A stretch of DNA of 64,000 nt from Eledone cirrhosa (GCA_964016885.1 OZ024743.1:15934001-15998000); one strand, 5' to 3'; positions 1 through 11,808 are shown, counted from the first letter of the stretch. Made by a program: numbers and translations. Notes: generated by a model not told the origin, from the letters alone.

Positions 1-48
1 AAAGAAAAATAATAATAATAATAATAAAAATAATAATAATAATAATAA

Positions 49-250
49 CAAAAGATAGTACTAATGGGAACTGCCCATATACTAAGGAAGATTCTGTCAA
101 TATAAGTACATCACAAGTCTAAACACTAAAGATGCATGTGTGAGTATGTATGTTCTTTCTTGAACATGGCGGACCTTGTTGTCTCTTGAGGTCACTGGTT
201 GTGACTCGGTGATAACTCGTATGAACATAAAGCAAGATAAATGCAACTGA

Positions 251-310
<60 letters not shown>
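49..310 (+). mobile_element. 3' remnant of R4/Dong-clade non-LTR retrotransposon embedded in (AAT)n
   Basis: 49-105 translates QKIVLMGTAHILRKILSI*, resembling the C-terminal motif of R4/Dong restriction-like-endonuclease LINEs. A short 3' UTR follows, then (AAT)n 251-310; (AAT)n is also upstream (8-48). Confidence 0.75.
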
Positions 311-311
<1 letters not shown>

Positions 312-801
312 TCCGTTTACAATTACTTTACTTTATATTACTTTACTTTATATTCCTTATACTTTACTATACTTTATATTCCTTATTCCATCTTATCTTT
401 ATCAATATTTTCATTATCACTTTTGAAGTTCTGAAGAGCCGCTCCATAATTTTACCTAAGTTACTTATCTTCATCTGAACCAGATCAATAATGATCTATA
501 ATCAATTAATCCAGAAACACTATATTGAGTAGTGAAACAATTGTAAACGGACATTATTATTATTATTGTTATTATTATTGTTATTATTGAATGCTATGGT
601 TGACGGAGGCACGGCTCTGTAAGGTATTGTAAATTTTGACCGCTATAACAATTGTAAATTGTTTAAAACTTTAACCAAATTGTTGACAAAAACACCCTCC
701 TCCTCGTGAGAGGGGTCTTTCTGCCCGTTATTTGGCCCTTCGGGGTTAAATAGCCGCTTATTGGGGTTTTGTGCCCAATATTTATTTTAAACAAAAAAAA
801 C

Positions 802-2960
802 ATGGCTACGAAAAACAATTTTCATAGGTCACTCCCACTCATTCCGTCTACTTCTTCCTCAATCGTCACTACAGCAGAGAGAAGATTGTCTCTCTCCCTC
901 CCTTCTCTAAATGTGTCTCTCTTTCTCCTTCTCTTTCGCAAGCGACGCCAGTAAAGAAAAATCACGTAGAAAGCGTGCAACATTTCTCCACGACGACGAC
1001 GACAACGACTAAAAAAATGTGCGGGAAATACGAAAACCCATTTCATTCATCTGACGTCATGAATAATAGCAGTGGGAGCCGTAATAACAGCAGCAGCAGC
1101 AGCAGCAGCAACAGTGACAAGGAAAACAACAGTAGCAGCCGCAACATCATCAACAGCAGCATAAACAACTACAACATTAGCAGCAACAACAACAGCAGCA
1201 GCAGAAGCAGCAACAACAACAACAACCACAGCAACAGCGGCGGCGGCAGTAGCCGTAGTACCTGCAGCAACAACAAAAGTAACAGCAGCTCTGACGACAA
1301 CAACAACAGCAACAACAGCAGCAAAGAAAAACCAATCTCGTTTGCAGGTATCGCAAAGAACCTGGAAACCATCCTCATAACAAATCAGGAATTAGAGGAA
1401 GCGAAGAAGATGGTGACGGAAACCGGACACCGAGCAATCTGCAAGGCAGCCGAAACATTTTTCGAAACCCAACAGCACTGTACGGTCACGTACCGTACAG
1501 TAAGAACAAAATCCCGTAGGGTTGAAAGAGCCACAGAGGCTGCAATACAAAAAGCCTTAAGGTATGTGTGGCAGCGGAAAACGCATATCACCCGAGGCAA
1601 GAAATATGCCACCGTAGACGTGCTTTTTGCCACACCCCAGGAGGCAAAGGCTCAATCCTTAGTGACCCTAAGGAACGAGGAAATGGTTTTGGTGCCCTCC
1701 TACTGCGGGCAAAAAATTGTGAGGGTCAAACTATCCCCCCCCCCCGGGATTGCCCCTTCTTGGCTGGCCGCGTCTGTCCTCGTCGGAATCGAGGACTAAA
1801 GAACTGTACTGCAAGTACAGAAAAAAGTACGAGAAGATTGGGTCGGCACTTCCATTGAGATGTTAATCCAAACCAACAAGGAGTGCATCGAAGCTATCCC
1901 GGATGTGATAGACTTCGATAACGGCACTCAACTTCCCATAAGTGTTGAGGGCAAACGCCCGAAATGCTTTCGCTGTGGATCGAAGACTCACCTCAGGGCC
2001 TTCTGCAGCGAGAAGACCCAGAGAAAGGAGAAAACCCCCCTCCTTCCTAAACCGGCTCCACGGCTACCAGCAACAGGACAAGCGGCAACCAGGAACGATA
2101 GGTCCGTGGCCCCCATACCCACGGCACGGAAATCAAGAACAGCAGCAGCAGTGGAAGTATTAACAACAATAACAGTAATACCAAATGCAGCTGCAACAGA
2201 GACTCCACTGCAAACAGCACCAACAACAACAAGTGAAAGAGTGGAGCTGGTACCCCTCCCCGACCTCACAGAATCAGACATGGAGTGTGAGGTGGGAGAA
2301 GGATGGCAAAAGGTCGTTAGAAGGCACAAACGCAGAAGCAGCGCATCGTCGCCTTCGAAAAGGGAGGAAAGAAACGAAAAAAGGGTAAAGGCTACTGCAA
2401 AGAGACTCACAGCAGCAACACCACCAATACCATCACCACCCACACTAGCACCACCATCACCACCGGCGACAACCCCACCGCCAACAACAACAACAGCTTC
2501 AACACCACCACCACAAGCACCAACATCGCAAACACAACGAAACACACACACCCAGCAACAACGACAAGAAAATAGCAGAACCACACCCCACCCCCAGAAA
2601 AACAAATGCAGGGCAATAAATACACACAACAAGAAACTAATGACTTACATAATTGAACACACCGACATTTCACAGCACGACTACATAATACCAGCACCAA
2701 TCAAAACGCCAACGAACATAAGACTGCTAAAAATAGCACAGAAACAATACACAAACATTAAAACGAAATTCCCCAACGCATTTGGTGATTTCAGAGACCT
2801 AGGAGGGTCTCCCAACCGGAGAGTATATTCGGACATACTCATAGAAGAACCGACGACCAGCCTAAGGGACGATTCAACGGTCCCTTCACCAGACGATCAA
2901 GTGAAAAGGGTGGAGAAACCATCCTTCCACTACGAAAAGTACGGTAAGTGGTCTTTCCCA
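802..2960 (+). pseudogene. Tx1-like ORF1 (gag-like, zinc knuckle), frameshifted
   Basis: ORF pieces 975-1799 and 1860-3257. CFRCGSKTHLRAFC (CX2CX4HX4C) near 1965-2006; N/S-rich and P/T-rich low-complexity tracts; break near the C-run at 1735-1745. Candidate start aaacATGG at 802. Confidence 0.75.
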
Positions 2961-2982
2961 TCTTTTCCACTCTATTTTAAAC

Positions 2983-5900
2983 ATGACCTCACTCAGAATA
3001 GGCAGCATAAATGCGCGTGGCTTGGGATCGTCATGGAAGCAGGGTCACCTGCTCAACGACCTCAGGTCACTAAACATAGATATAGTGGCCATCAGCGAGA
3101 CCAGAATCTCAGAAGCACGGGCCTTCGCACCGATCTTCGGCGGCTACGATGTGTACGCATCTCCCAGCCGTCCTGTATCGGGGGGAGGAGTTGCTGTGCT
3201 TTTTCGGAGAGGTTTGGATCTCGCCATACGGGCCATCTTCCTAGACCCAGAGGGTAAGTTGGTGGTACTGGACGTGACCAGCGGAGACGGGCAAGCTTTC
3301 AGGCTAGTGGCCGTCTATGCCCCGACAGGAGCAGGGCGGCCTGATTTCTTCCGGCGTCTGGAGACCTTTCTTGGAACGTCCCGCTCTTTAGTGTTAGTGG
3401 GCGACTGGAACGGGATCTTAGATGCACGCTGGGACTGTGTGGGATTAGCGGATAGGGTGGAGGGGGCAAGAGCCTCACCAACTTGCTCAGGCGTTTTGAA
3501 CTGTCAATGTGGACTTGGACAAATCGCATAGGGTCATCCAGATCATATCTTTATAGAGTATTTTGTAGGGAAATAGATAGATCTAGCATAGGCTGTCCAC
3601 AATTAAAGATAGTCAGCTACACGGACCACAAATTCGTGATCTGTGTGCTTGACTTAGATCTGTGTGCTTGACTTAGATAGGCTTCATAGACGAGGACCCG
3701 GCTACTGGAAGCAAAACGCGTCCTTACCAGCGCGCAAGGCCTACAGAGACCAGATTAGCGAACTAGTTAAGCGGGCGTTGACCGGGGCCATCGTCAACAA
3801 CAAGTGGTGGTTTGCTCTGAAATGAGCGATTAGAATAGAATCCATTAGGTTTATTAAGGCTTTAGCAATAGAGAAAAATAGAGCAGAGGGAGAACTAGTT
3901 AGAACATTAGACGAGGCGCTTAGCAAAGACATCGCAACCGACGTGCTTGCGGCGAAATTGGCCCTTGACCAATTCTTCCATGCAAAGCACGAAGGCTGCG
4001 TTGTCAGAGCTAGGGTGCGTGCTCTCAGACACGAGGGGACGAAAGCCGTTCAATGGGCCCGAGTGGCGGAGGCGCGTCGTGGCAACAAAGCCACGATCCG
4101 CTCTTTGGTGGACCACGACGGGCGCATGCTACTCGATCACGTGCAAATGTGTGAAGCTTTTCAGCGACACTTCGCTCTGCTGTTCGAGGGATGGACTTTA
4201 GTGTCTACCTCGACGGACTGCCGCGGATCTCGGCCACTGAGGCGGAGTGTTGCGAAAAGCCGATAACAGCCGCTGAAGTACGGGAGGCAATGACTGGCTG
4301 CACAAGGGGTAAATCGCCTGGTTTGGATTGTCTGCCGTATGAACTTTACGTACAGATGCCAGACTTGTTTGGAGGCCTCTTGGCGGACGTCTACTGCAAC
4401 TGGCAACAGAACGGGAGAATTCCCAGCTCTGTGAGCCGGGGAGCGGTGGCACTGCTGAGAAAGGATCCGAACAAGGGGGATAACATAGATAATTTCAGGC
4501 CCATAATTCTGCTAAACACAGAGTTCAAGATTTTGGCCAAGGTGCTAGCAAAGAGGTTGGCGCTTGTCGTTGGATGGTCTGGTGGGAGAGGCGCAGACGT
4601 GCGCAATTCCCGACAGATCCATCCACGACAACCTCCACCTCATGCGATACATCGTAGAGAGGGTAGCTAGGGAACCTGGCACGGGTGGGTCCTTGATCAA
4701 TTTAGATCAGTCGAAAGCTTTTGATAGGATCGACCATCGTTATCTAGCGGCAGTCCTGAGGGCGGCTGGCTTTGGGCCCGTCTTCAGATGCTGGATCGCT
4801 GCCATGCACAGCGACATCTGCTCTGTGGTGAGAGTGAACGGTCACCTTTCGGAACCGTTCAACATCATGCGCTCGGTCCGCCAAGGATGTCCGCTCACGT
4901 CCCTCTTGTACGTATTAACTGTCGAGCCATTACTGCACAAACTGGAGACGTTGAGGGGCGTCCTGCGCAAACTAGGATGCGGAAGATCCGTGTCAGCATA
5001 TGCGGACGATGTCACCGTAGTGGTCTCGAACGCCAAACACATCGAGGCGATCGGCACTACACTAAGGGAATACGAAGCGGTGACAGGAGCAATGATCAAC
5101 CAGGAATAGTCAGTGGGCCTGCACCTCGGCACCTGGAGAGGCAGATCCATGCCGTCCAACAGCGTCGTCGGACGCTGGACCAATGGACCGGTTAAATTGC
5201 TAGGGGTCTGGTTCGGTCTGGACCTCCAGACGGACAAAAACTGGGACGAGGTGACGAGCAGGGTGGCTTCTCTCACATAGAAATGGGCGGAGAGGAAGCT
5301 ATCCCTGAAAGGACGAGCGGAGGTGGCTAACGCGTACATCGCGTCTGTCATCTGCTACCGCCTGACCGTCGTACATTGTCCTAAGCCCCGCCTGACTGCG
5401 CTGGAGCGTTTGCTCTTTCGCCTTTTGTGGAAGGGACGCACTCCGATGGTCAGGCGGTCCATCTGCTGTCAACACCCGCTACGTGGAAGGCTGGGAATGC
5501 CGTGGCTGATGATGCGCAGACACGCGCTCAGGCTACGACATCTCCACCTCTTCCTCGACGGTGATCAGGTGTGGTCGCCGTCTGCTAGACACATATTTCC
5601 CCAGCTCATTTCCTTGACGGAGCTGCAGTCCTGGGTCAAGCGTAGACCGAGAGGGAGCGCCTGGAGACTGGAATGTCTTCAGGCGCTCACAGCCCTCGAC
5701 CAATCGGGCAATGCGATCGGTGGAAACTCCACCTCGGCGTTCTATAGAGGATTAGTGGAGGGGTAGAGCGACGATGTACTTGGGGAAAGTCTAGGCGTCG
5801 ACGAAAATCAACTAGCCAATCTCTTCGGAAGAACTTTCGGGCCGGGACCTATGGACAACTTCCAGAAATCTCTGGCCTGGCAGTGCTACCGAGGAGCCTT

Positions 5901-6366
5901 GCCAGTTCGGGATAAACTCTACAGGCATGGAGGTGCCGTCAACCGGGCATGTCCGAGATGCGCGCAGGGCGACGAAACCGTCCTGCACGCACTCGTCCAG
6001 TGTCCGAGCATTGCTGACTTGTGGGTTTATGTCGAACACCTGCTGTCGCGTGTAGGACGGATCCGGCTATCATCTGAGTCCATCGTGAGGATTGCTCCGC
6101 GCTCTTCCTTTAGCCGGGAACTGCAGGCAGTTTTTATCTGTCTGGTGGTCATGGCGAAAGAGATAGTATGCTGGACACGTTTGAAAGGGCTGAAGACGAG
6201 CACTTACCTCTTCGGTGATGCCCTCATTGACTTTTTCAAATTTCATTTGAAAAGGAAAATTAGAGTAGAGAGGGAAGTGCTCTCTTCCCAGCATTTTGTT
6301 GAAAGATGGGTGAGAGAAGCAAGAATGGCCCGAGTGAATGGGTCTACTGTGAGTACGTATCTGTAA
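2983..6366 (+). pseudogene. Tx1-like ORF2 (APE endonuclease - reverse transcriptase - Zn motif), multiple frameshifts/stops
   Basis: MTSLRIGSINARGL...ISET...VYAP...VGDWN (APE); KSPGLD, FRPIILLNTEFKILAKVLAKRL, DQSKAFD, SVRQGCPL, YADD (RT); CPRC...ETVLHALVQC C-terminus. Split over ORFs 2983-3531, 3943-4266, 4191-4670, 4564-5109, 5323-5766, 5851-6366. Confidence 0.92.
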
Positions 6367-6938
6367 AGTAAAGGTGGAAAACTGGGAGAGGGCACTTGCC
6401 TTGGTGGTCAGGGCCACTGTGGCTTTTTACTGGGCTTTCTCCACAAATGTCCCTCCGAAGTCTCCCCTCTATTGGGGAATTTTTCATTGTTATTTTTTGT
6501 TACATCCTATGTTTTTGTTTTTTACACACAGAAATGCCCATTTGAACCGTCCTGTATTGTCCTGCACTGTCCTTAATGTCTACTTTATGTAAACCCTTGT
6601 GGTTCATAAAGAAATCATTATTATTATTATTATTATTATTCCTTACATTAGACTATAATTACACTCCTTATTCCTTAAATTAAACTGCAACTATGTTGAC
6701 ACTCTTTAAATAACGTCTTCCTTGTGAAATTTATGGTCTTGTTTTGCTTAACTAATGAATATTTCCAGCTATGTGCACCTAATCTCTGCTTGAACCCAGC
6801 CATCTAGCTGCCTTCCACTGCATATTGCACATTGAGCACATGCCTTTATGCTTTTGGCTTCTAACAAATTCACCAATCTCTCTTCTCTTCTCCTATCTCC
6901 ATATCTCTCTCTTTAAGATTGGTTTACTCTTGAACCGA

Positions 6939-6939
<1 letters not shown>

Positions 6940-7004
<65 letters not shown>
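6940..7004. repeat. (TA)n microsatellite (one of many in the window)
   Basis: Pure TA run. Similar runs at ~9562-9616, 11810-11891, 15328-15400, 30475-30556, 55975-56097. Confidence 0.95.
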
Positions 7005-7009
<5 letters not shown>

Positions 7010-7162
7010 GAAATTTTGCTCTACATGGCTGAATACAATAAATGTAATCTGAGTTTTTCGAATATTAATAACATTCGATTCATTTGCAATTATGCAAACA
7101 AGCCTCAATTTTATAGCCATGTCAGTAGAATGAACACTTCCTTCTTGCTCTTGTGTTGGCAT

Positions 7163-7228
7163 GCGAACAGAACTGCGGACACTACTGTTTCTGTGTATCA
7201 CCCTTCATCAGTACAGCCCACTGTTCAC
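7163..7228 (-). ncRNA. Type I hammerhead ribozyme motif, diverged copy
   Basis: Reverse complement gggctgta-CTGATGA-agggtgatacaca-GAAAC-agtagt-GTC-cgcagttc. Core intact, stems I and II weakened. Confidence 0.6.
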
Positions 7229-7612
7229 CCACGTCACAGCTAATGAAAATATATGCTTGATTTGAATGTCAGCAGACTAGCTGATCAGTCAGATCTGCAT
7301 ATTAGCAGATCCACTGATCAGCCAGATTTGCATATCAGCAGACTGGCCAGTCAGTTTCCTGTATACTAGCGATAAATGTCCAGCTTTGCCAAATTCAAAT
7401 AAAAAAGAAAATTTCGCTCTACATAGCTGATTGAATGTAATCTGAGTTTTTCGAACATTAATAATAACATTCGATTCGTTTGCAATTATGCAAACAAGCC
7501 TCATTTCAGTAGAATGAACACTTCATTCTTGCTTTTGTGTCGGCATGCGAACAGAACTGCCTATATTTACAGAAAATAGCATATATTTTCACTAGCTCTG
7601 ACAGTTTGGCAG

Positions 7613-7678
7613 GTGAACAGTGAGCTGTACTGATGAAGGGTGATTCCCAGAAACATTAGTGTCTGCAGTTCTGTTCGC
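7613..7678 (+). ncRNA. Type I hammerhead ribozyme motif
   Basis: gagctgta-CTGATGA-a-ggg(tgatt)ccc-a-GAAAC-attagt-GTC^tgcagttc. Stem I 8 bp (2 GU), extended by gtgaaca/tgttcgc; predicted cleavage after C7663. Confidence 0.75.
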
Positions 7679-8091
7679 ATGCCATCACAAGAGCAAGAAT
7701 GAAGTGTTCATTCTACTGATATGGCTATAACATTAGGGTTTGTTTGCATAATTGCAAACGAATCGAGTATTATTTTTAATATTCGAAAAACTCAGATTAC
7801 ATATATATATATATATATATATATAAACGGAAAAAATGAAACGAAATTTCATTTCCCACTCTTAGTACGGTTGTTACTTAAATATAAGTATTTACACGTA
7901 CATACATATATGTATACAGACGTACAGTAGTATGTATATATATATACATACATGCGCACATATATATATTTGTACGTATGGATTCACCGAACATTTATTA
8001 TAATGCTCGGTGTCTTTGTAAACAAACATCCCGTATTAAGCCGTAGTGTCCAGCAACCATCGTTGCTCGTTTGTTCAACACTGACAAAGGC

Positions 8092-8134
8092 ATGCTGTAC
8101 TAGTTTCAAGCTTATTAGCTATCGCCAGCAACGT
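8092..8134 (-). ncRNA. Minimal HHR, unit 1 (core mutated CUGGCGA)
   Basis: Reverse complement acgttg-CTGGCGA-tagctaataagctt-GAAAC-TA-GTA-cagcat. Confidence 0.55.
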
Positions 8135-8510
8135 ATACATTCCTGCCAGATTGTGAACGTATAAACTTACCTTATGCATATTAACGGCTGAGTAGCCCAA
8201 TTTGCATATTGAGTGGGTTAATCGGCCGGGTGCACCGAAAATGATAAACGGAAAAAATGAAACGAAACATCAATTCCCACTCTTAGTACAGCTGTTACTT
8301 AAATATAAGTATGTACACGTACATACATATATGTATACAGACGTACAGTAGTATGTATATATATATACATACATGCACACATATATATATGTACGTATGG
8401 ATTCACCGAACATTTATTATAATGCTCGGTGTCTTTGTAAACAAACATCACGTATTAAGCCGTAGTGTCCAGCAACCATCGTTGCTCGTTTGTTCAACAC
8501 TGACAAAGGA

Positions 8511-8553
8511 ACGCTGTACTAGTTTCAAGCTTATTAGCTATCGTCAGCAACGT
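8511..8553 (-). ncRNA. Minimal HHR, unit 2
   Basis: Reverse complement acgttg-CTGACGA-t-agct(aata)agct-t-GAAAC-TA-GTA^cagcgt. Confidence 0.8.
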
Positions 8554-8899
8554 ATACCTTCTTGCCAGATTGTGAACGTATATACTTACCTTATGCATAT
8601 TAATGGCTGAGTAGCCCAATTTGCATATCGAGTGGGTTAATCGGCCGGTTGCACCGAAAACGATAAACGGAAAAATGAAACGAAATTTCATTTCCCACTC
8701 TTAGTACGGCTGTTACTTAAATATAAGTATGTACACGTACATACATACTAAGAGTGGGAAATTAAATTTCGTTTCATTTTTTCCGTTTACCGTTTTCGGT
8801 GCACCCGGCCGATTAACCCACTCGATATGCAAATTGGGCTACTCAGCCGTTAATATGCATAAGGTAAGTATATACGTTCACAATCTGGCAGGAAGGTAT

Positions 8900-8942
8900 A
8901 CGTTGCTGACGATAGCTAATAAGCTTGAAACTAGTACAGCGT
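8900..8942 (+). ncRNA. Minimal HHR, unit 3
   Basis: acgttg-CTGACGA-t-agct(aata)agct-t-GAAAC-TA-GTA^cagcgt. Stem I 6 bp, palindromic stem III ACTAGT; predicted cleavage after 8936. Confidence 0.8.
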
Positions 8943-9319
8943 TCCTTTGTCAGTGTTGAACAAACGAGCAACGATGGTTGCTGGACACTACGGCTTAATA
9001 CGGGATGTTTGTTTACAAAGACACCGAGCATTATAATAAATGTTCGGTGAATCCATACGTACATATATATATGTGTGCATGTATGTATATATATATACAT
9101 ACTACTGTACGTCTGTATACATATATGTATGTACGTGTACATACTTATATTTAAGTAACAGCCGTACTAAGTGTGGGAAATGATATTTCGTTTCATTTTT
9201 TCCGTTTATCGTTTTCGGTGCACCCGGCCGATTAACCCACTCGATATGCAAAGTGGGCTACTCAGCCGTTAATATGCATAAGGTAAGTATATACGTTCAA
9301 CAATCTGGCAAGAAGGTAT

Positions 9320-9362
9320 ACGTTGCTGACGATAGCTAATAAGCTTGAAACTAGTACAGCGT
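9320..9362 (+). ncRNA. Minimal HHR, unit 4
   Basis: Identical to unit 3, 420 nt downstream; predicted cleavage after 9356. Confidence 0.8.
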
Positions 9363-9558
9363 TCCTTTGTCAGTGTTGAACAAACGAGCAACGATGGTTG
9401 CTAGACACTACGGCTTAATACGGGATGTTTGTTTACAAACACACCGAGCATTATAATAAATGTTCGGTATATCCATACGTACATATATATATGTGTGCAT
9501 GTTTGTATATATATATACATACTACTGTACGTCTGTATACATATATGTATGTACGTGT

Positions 9559-9619
<61 letters not shown>

Positions 9620-10060
9620 CTTAAGCCTCTGCAACCAGCCTGGCAAATACCCCCAATCTTTTAGGCAGTTTAACTTATAATATTAAAAATAGTTTTCCAT
9701 ATATTGAGTCAATGTATTTTCAGCATACATTTTTTGGGGGGTGGGGTGGGGGTGGGGGGAGTAGTGAGATAGAAAAAAACAGATGGCAGATGGTGAGGTT
9801 GTATTTTATTACTTCAAAATAAGTTTTGTATATGTTGTTTTGGGGGATCAATTATTAATTTTGCCTGTGATTTCATTTTCTGGATAGTAATAGGTTCTCA
9901 CACCATGTTGTCAATCAAAGCTAAAACCAACACTGCAGGTTGCTTATCAATTTTGGATAGAAAAAAGCCATAATCACTCTACAGCAGCATTTTATAGAAA
10001 TTATATTTTTCTTCACTTTAGCTAATGTGGTATGTGACAATCATTATATATATTCATCAA

Positions 10061-10230
10061 GGACGCAATCATGGCTCTATGTTTAATAAGTTTTTCCTTG
10101 CAATCACATGATTCCAGGTTCGATCACGCAACATGGATACTTGTCCAAGTGTCTAGTACGAAATATGTCATTTGGCTAATATATTTTGTGCATGTCATAT
10201 GGCAATAGAAACTCTGTTGAAACATGTATG
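10061..10230 (+). mobile_element. Degenerate tRNA-derived SINE
   Basis: A-box-like tggctctatgtt and B-box-like ggttcgatcac, followed by a cttgtccaagtgtct CORE-like block. Similar relic at ~40225-40380. Confidence 0.4.
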
Positions 10231-10530
10231 TATCTTTATTTGGGTTTTATATATCTGTACATATGTATATACCAAAATTTCCCTTTTATCTTTGAAACTC
10301 ATCAAGTAGATTGATTTGGGTTAGCCCAATGAAATTTCCGTCCATATATTTCTCTGTATTATGTCTTCATTATATTATTGAATTTACTAATATATATATT
10401 TTGCTCTGGTCTTTTTAGCCCACGGAGCGCTTGCCAGCATGACTCGGAATTTGCATTGCGTTTCGCTTTTTCTACCTGCCGAAATGCGATTCTCGCTGAA
10501 TTTATATTTATATATTTATATATATATATA

Positions 10531-10728
10531 TATTAAAATAACAGATTAAAGTTTAAGCAAAGAATCGCTGCTTTCACCCTTAACGGGATCTTCTGAAACT
10601 AACAAAGTCAATCTGTAAACGCAGAAATACACTTCTGCGTTTACAGATTGACTTTGTTAGTTTCAGAAGATCCCGTTAAGGGTGAAAGCAGCGATTCTTT
10701 GCTTAAACTTTAATCTGTTATTTTAATA
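10531..10728. repeat. Perfect 96 bp inverted repeat with 6 nt loop (probable PLE-type foldback)
   Basis: 10531-10626 is the reverse complement of 10633-10728; loop atacac. A fragment of the same family lies at ~32295-32332. Confidence 0.9.
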
Positions 10729-10819
10729 AATATTTGCTCTACGGTTCTTATATATTTGATATATATTTATCCTTATCGAGCCCTCTTTGGATTTTAGTCT
10801 TCAAATTTATTATTATTAC

Positions 10820-11404
<585 letters not shown>

Positions 11405-11405
<1 letters not shown>

Positions 11406-11806
11406 CTGACCTTACCCAACTACACCTCTCAAAGTCAATGACACACGACCGTGACTTCTGGCGTCACGCAGTAATACAGGGTACCCGACCTCCCATGGGT
11501 ACATGCTGAAGCATATAAACAATATGCCCCCACTCCCCCCACCGCAAGGTGGTCGTGGAGGTGCCACGGCAAAAAAGCACCCAGCCCACACTGTAAAGTG
11601 GACGTGTAGGCGCCACGAAAAAGCACCCAGCACTCACTGTAAATGAGGTTGGTGTTAGGAAGGGCATCCAGCTGTAGAAATCAAGCCAGATCAGTTCCTG
11701 TATGAGCAAGGCATGGTCAGCCGACCAGACACTGCCCACAACAGGACAACCCGTCTAACCCATGCTAGCGTGGAAGAACGGACGTAAAACGGTGATGATG
11801 ATGATG

Positions 11807-11808
<2 letters not shown>
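11405..11808 (+). mobile_element. RTE LINE 3' end with long UTR and (GAT)n tail
   Basis: Matches 42682-43040; contains gttggtgttaggaagggcatccagctgtagaaa; ends ggacgtaaaacggtgatgatgatg. Confidence 0.7.

Larger units (their letters stand above)
590..6640 (+). mobile_element. Tx1/L1-clade LINE, near full length, inactivated
   Basis: ORF1 with CCHC knuckle, ORF2 with APE endonuclease, RT and C-terminal Cys/His motif. 3' end ...cataaagaaatc(att)n; (ATT)n on both flanks. Confidence 0.92.
7005..7800. mobile_element. Cluster of three copies of a non-coding HHR-bearing repeat (PLE pseudo-LTR-like): two minus, one plus
   Basis: 7005-7260 and 7405-7560 are direct repeats. 7575-7800 is their reverse complement (gtaatctgagtttttcgaa... 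vs ...ttcgaaaaactcagattac). Confidence 0.75.
7823..9561. mobile_element. Palindromic array of ~420 bp head-to-tail non-coding units, each with one minimal HHR (retrozyme-like)
   Basis: aaacggaaaa recurs at 7825, 8246, 8665; strand switch at ~8746; the inverted arm repeats with period 420 (lines 8881 and 9301). Flanked by (TA)n. Confidence 0.85.

Noticed and set aside
1988-2700. Antisense V/G/L-rich ORFs over the Tx1 ORF1
   Set aside because: Shadow frames of ACA/CCA-rich low-complexity coding sequence.
7721-9680. Repeated 70-100 aa ORFs in the 420 bp array, and a possible CRISPR-like reading
   Set aside because: ORFs start in microsatellite, break differently between units and have no motif. 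Units are whole near-identical repeats without unique spacers, in a eukaryotic context.
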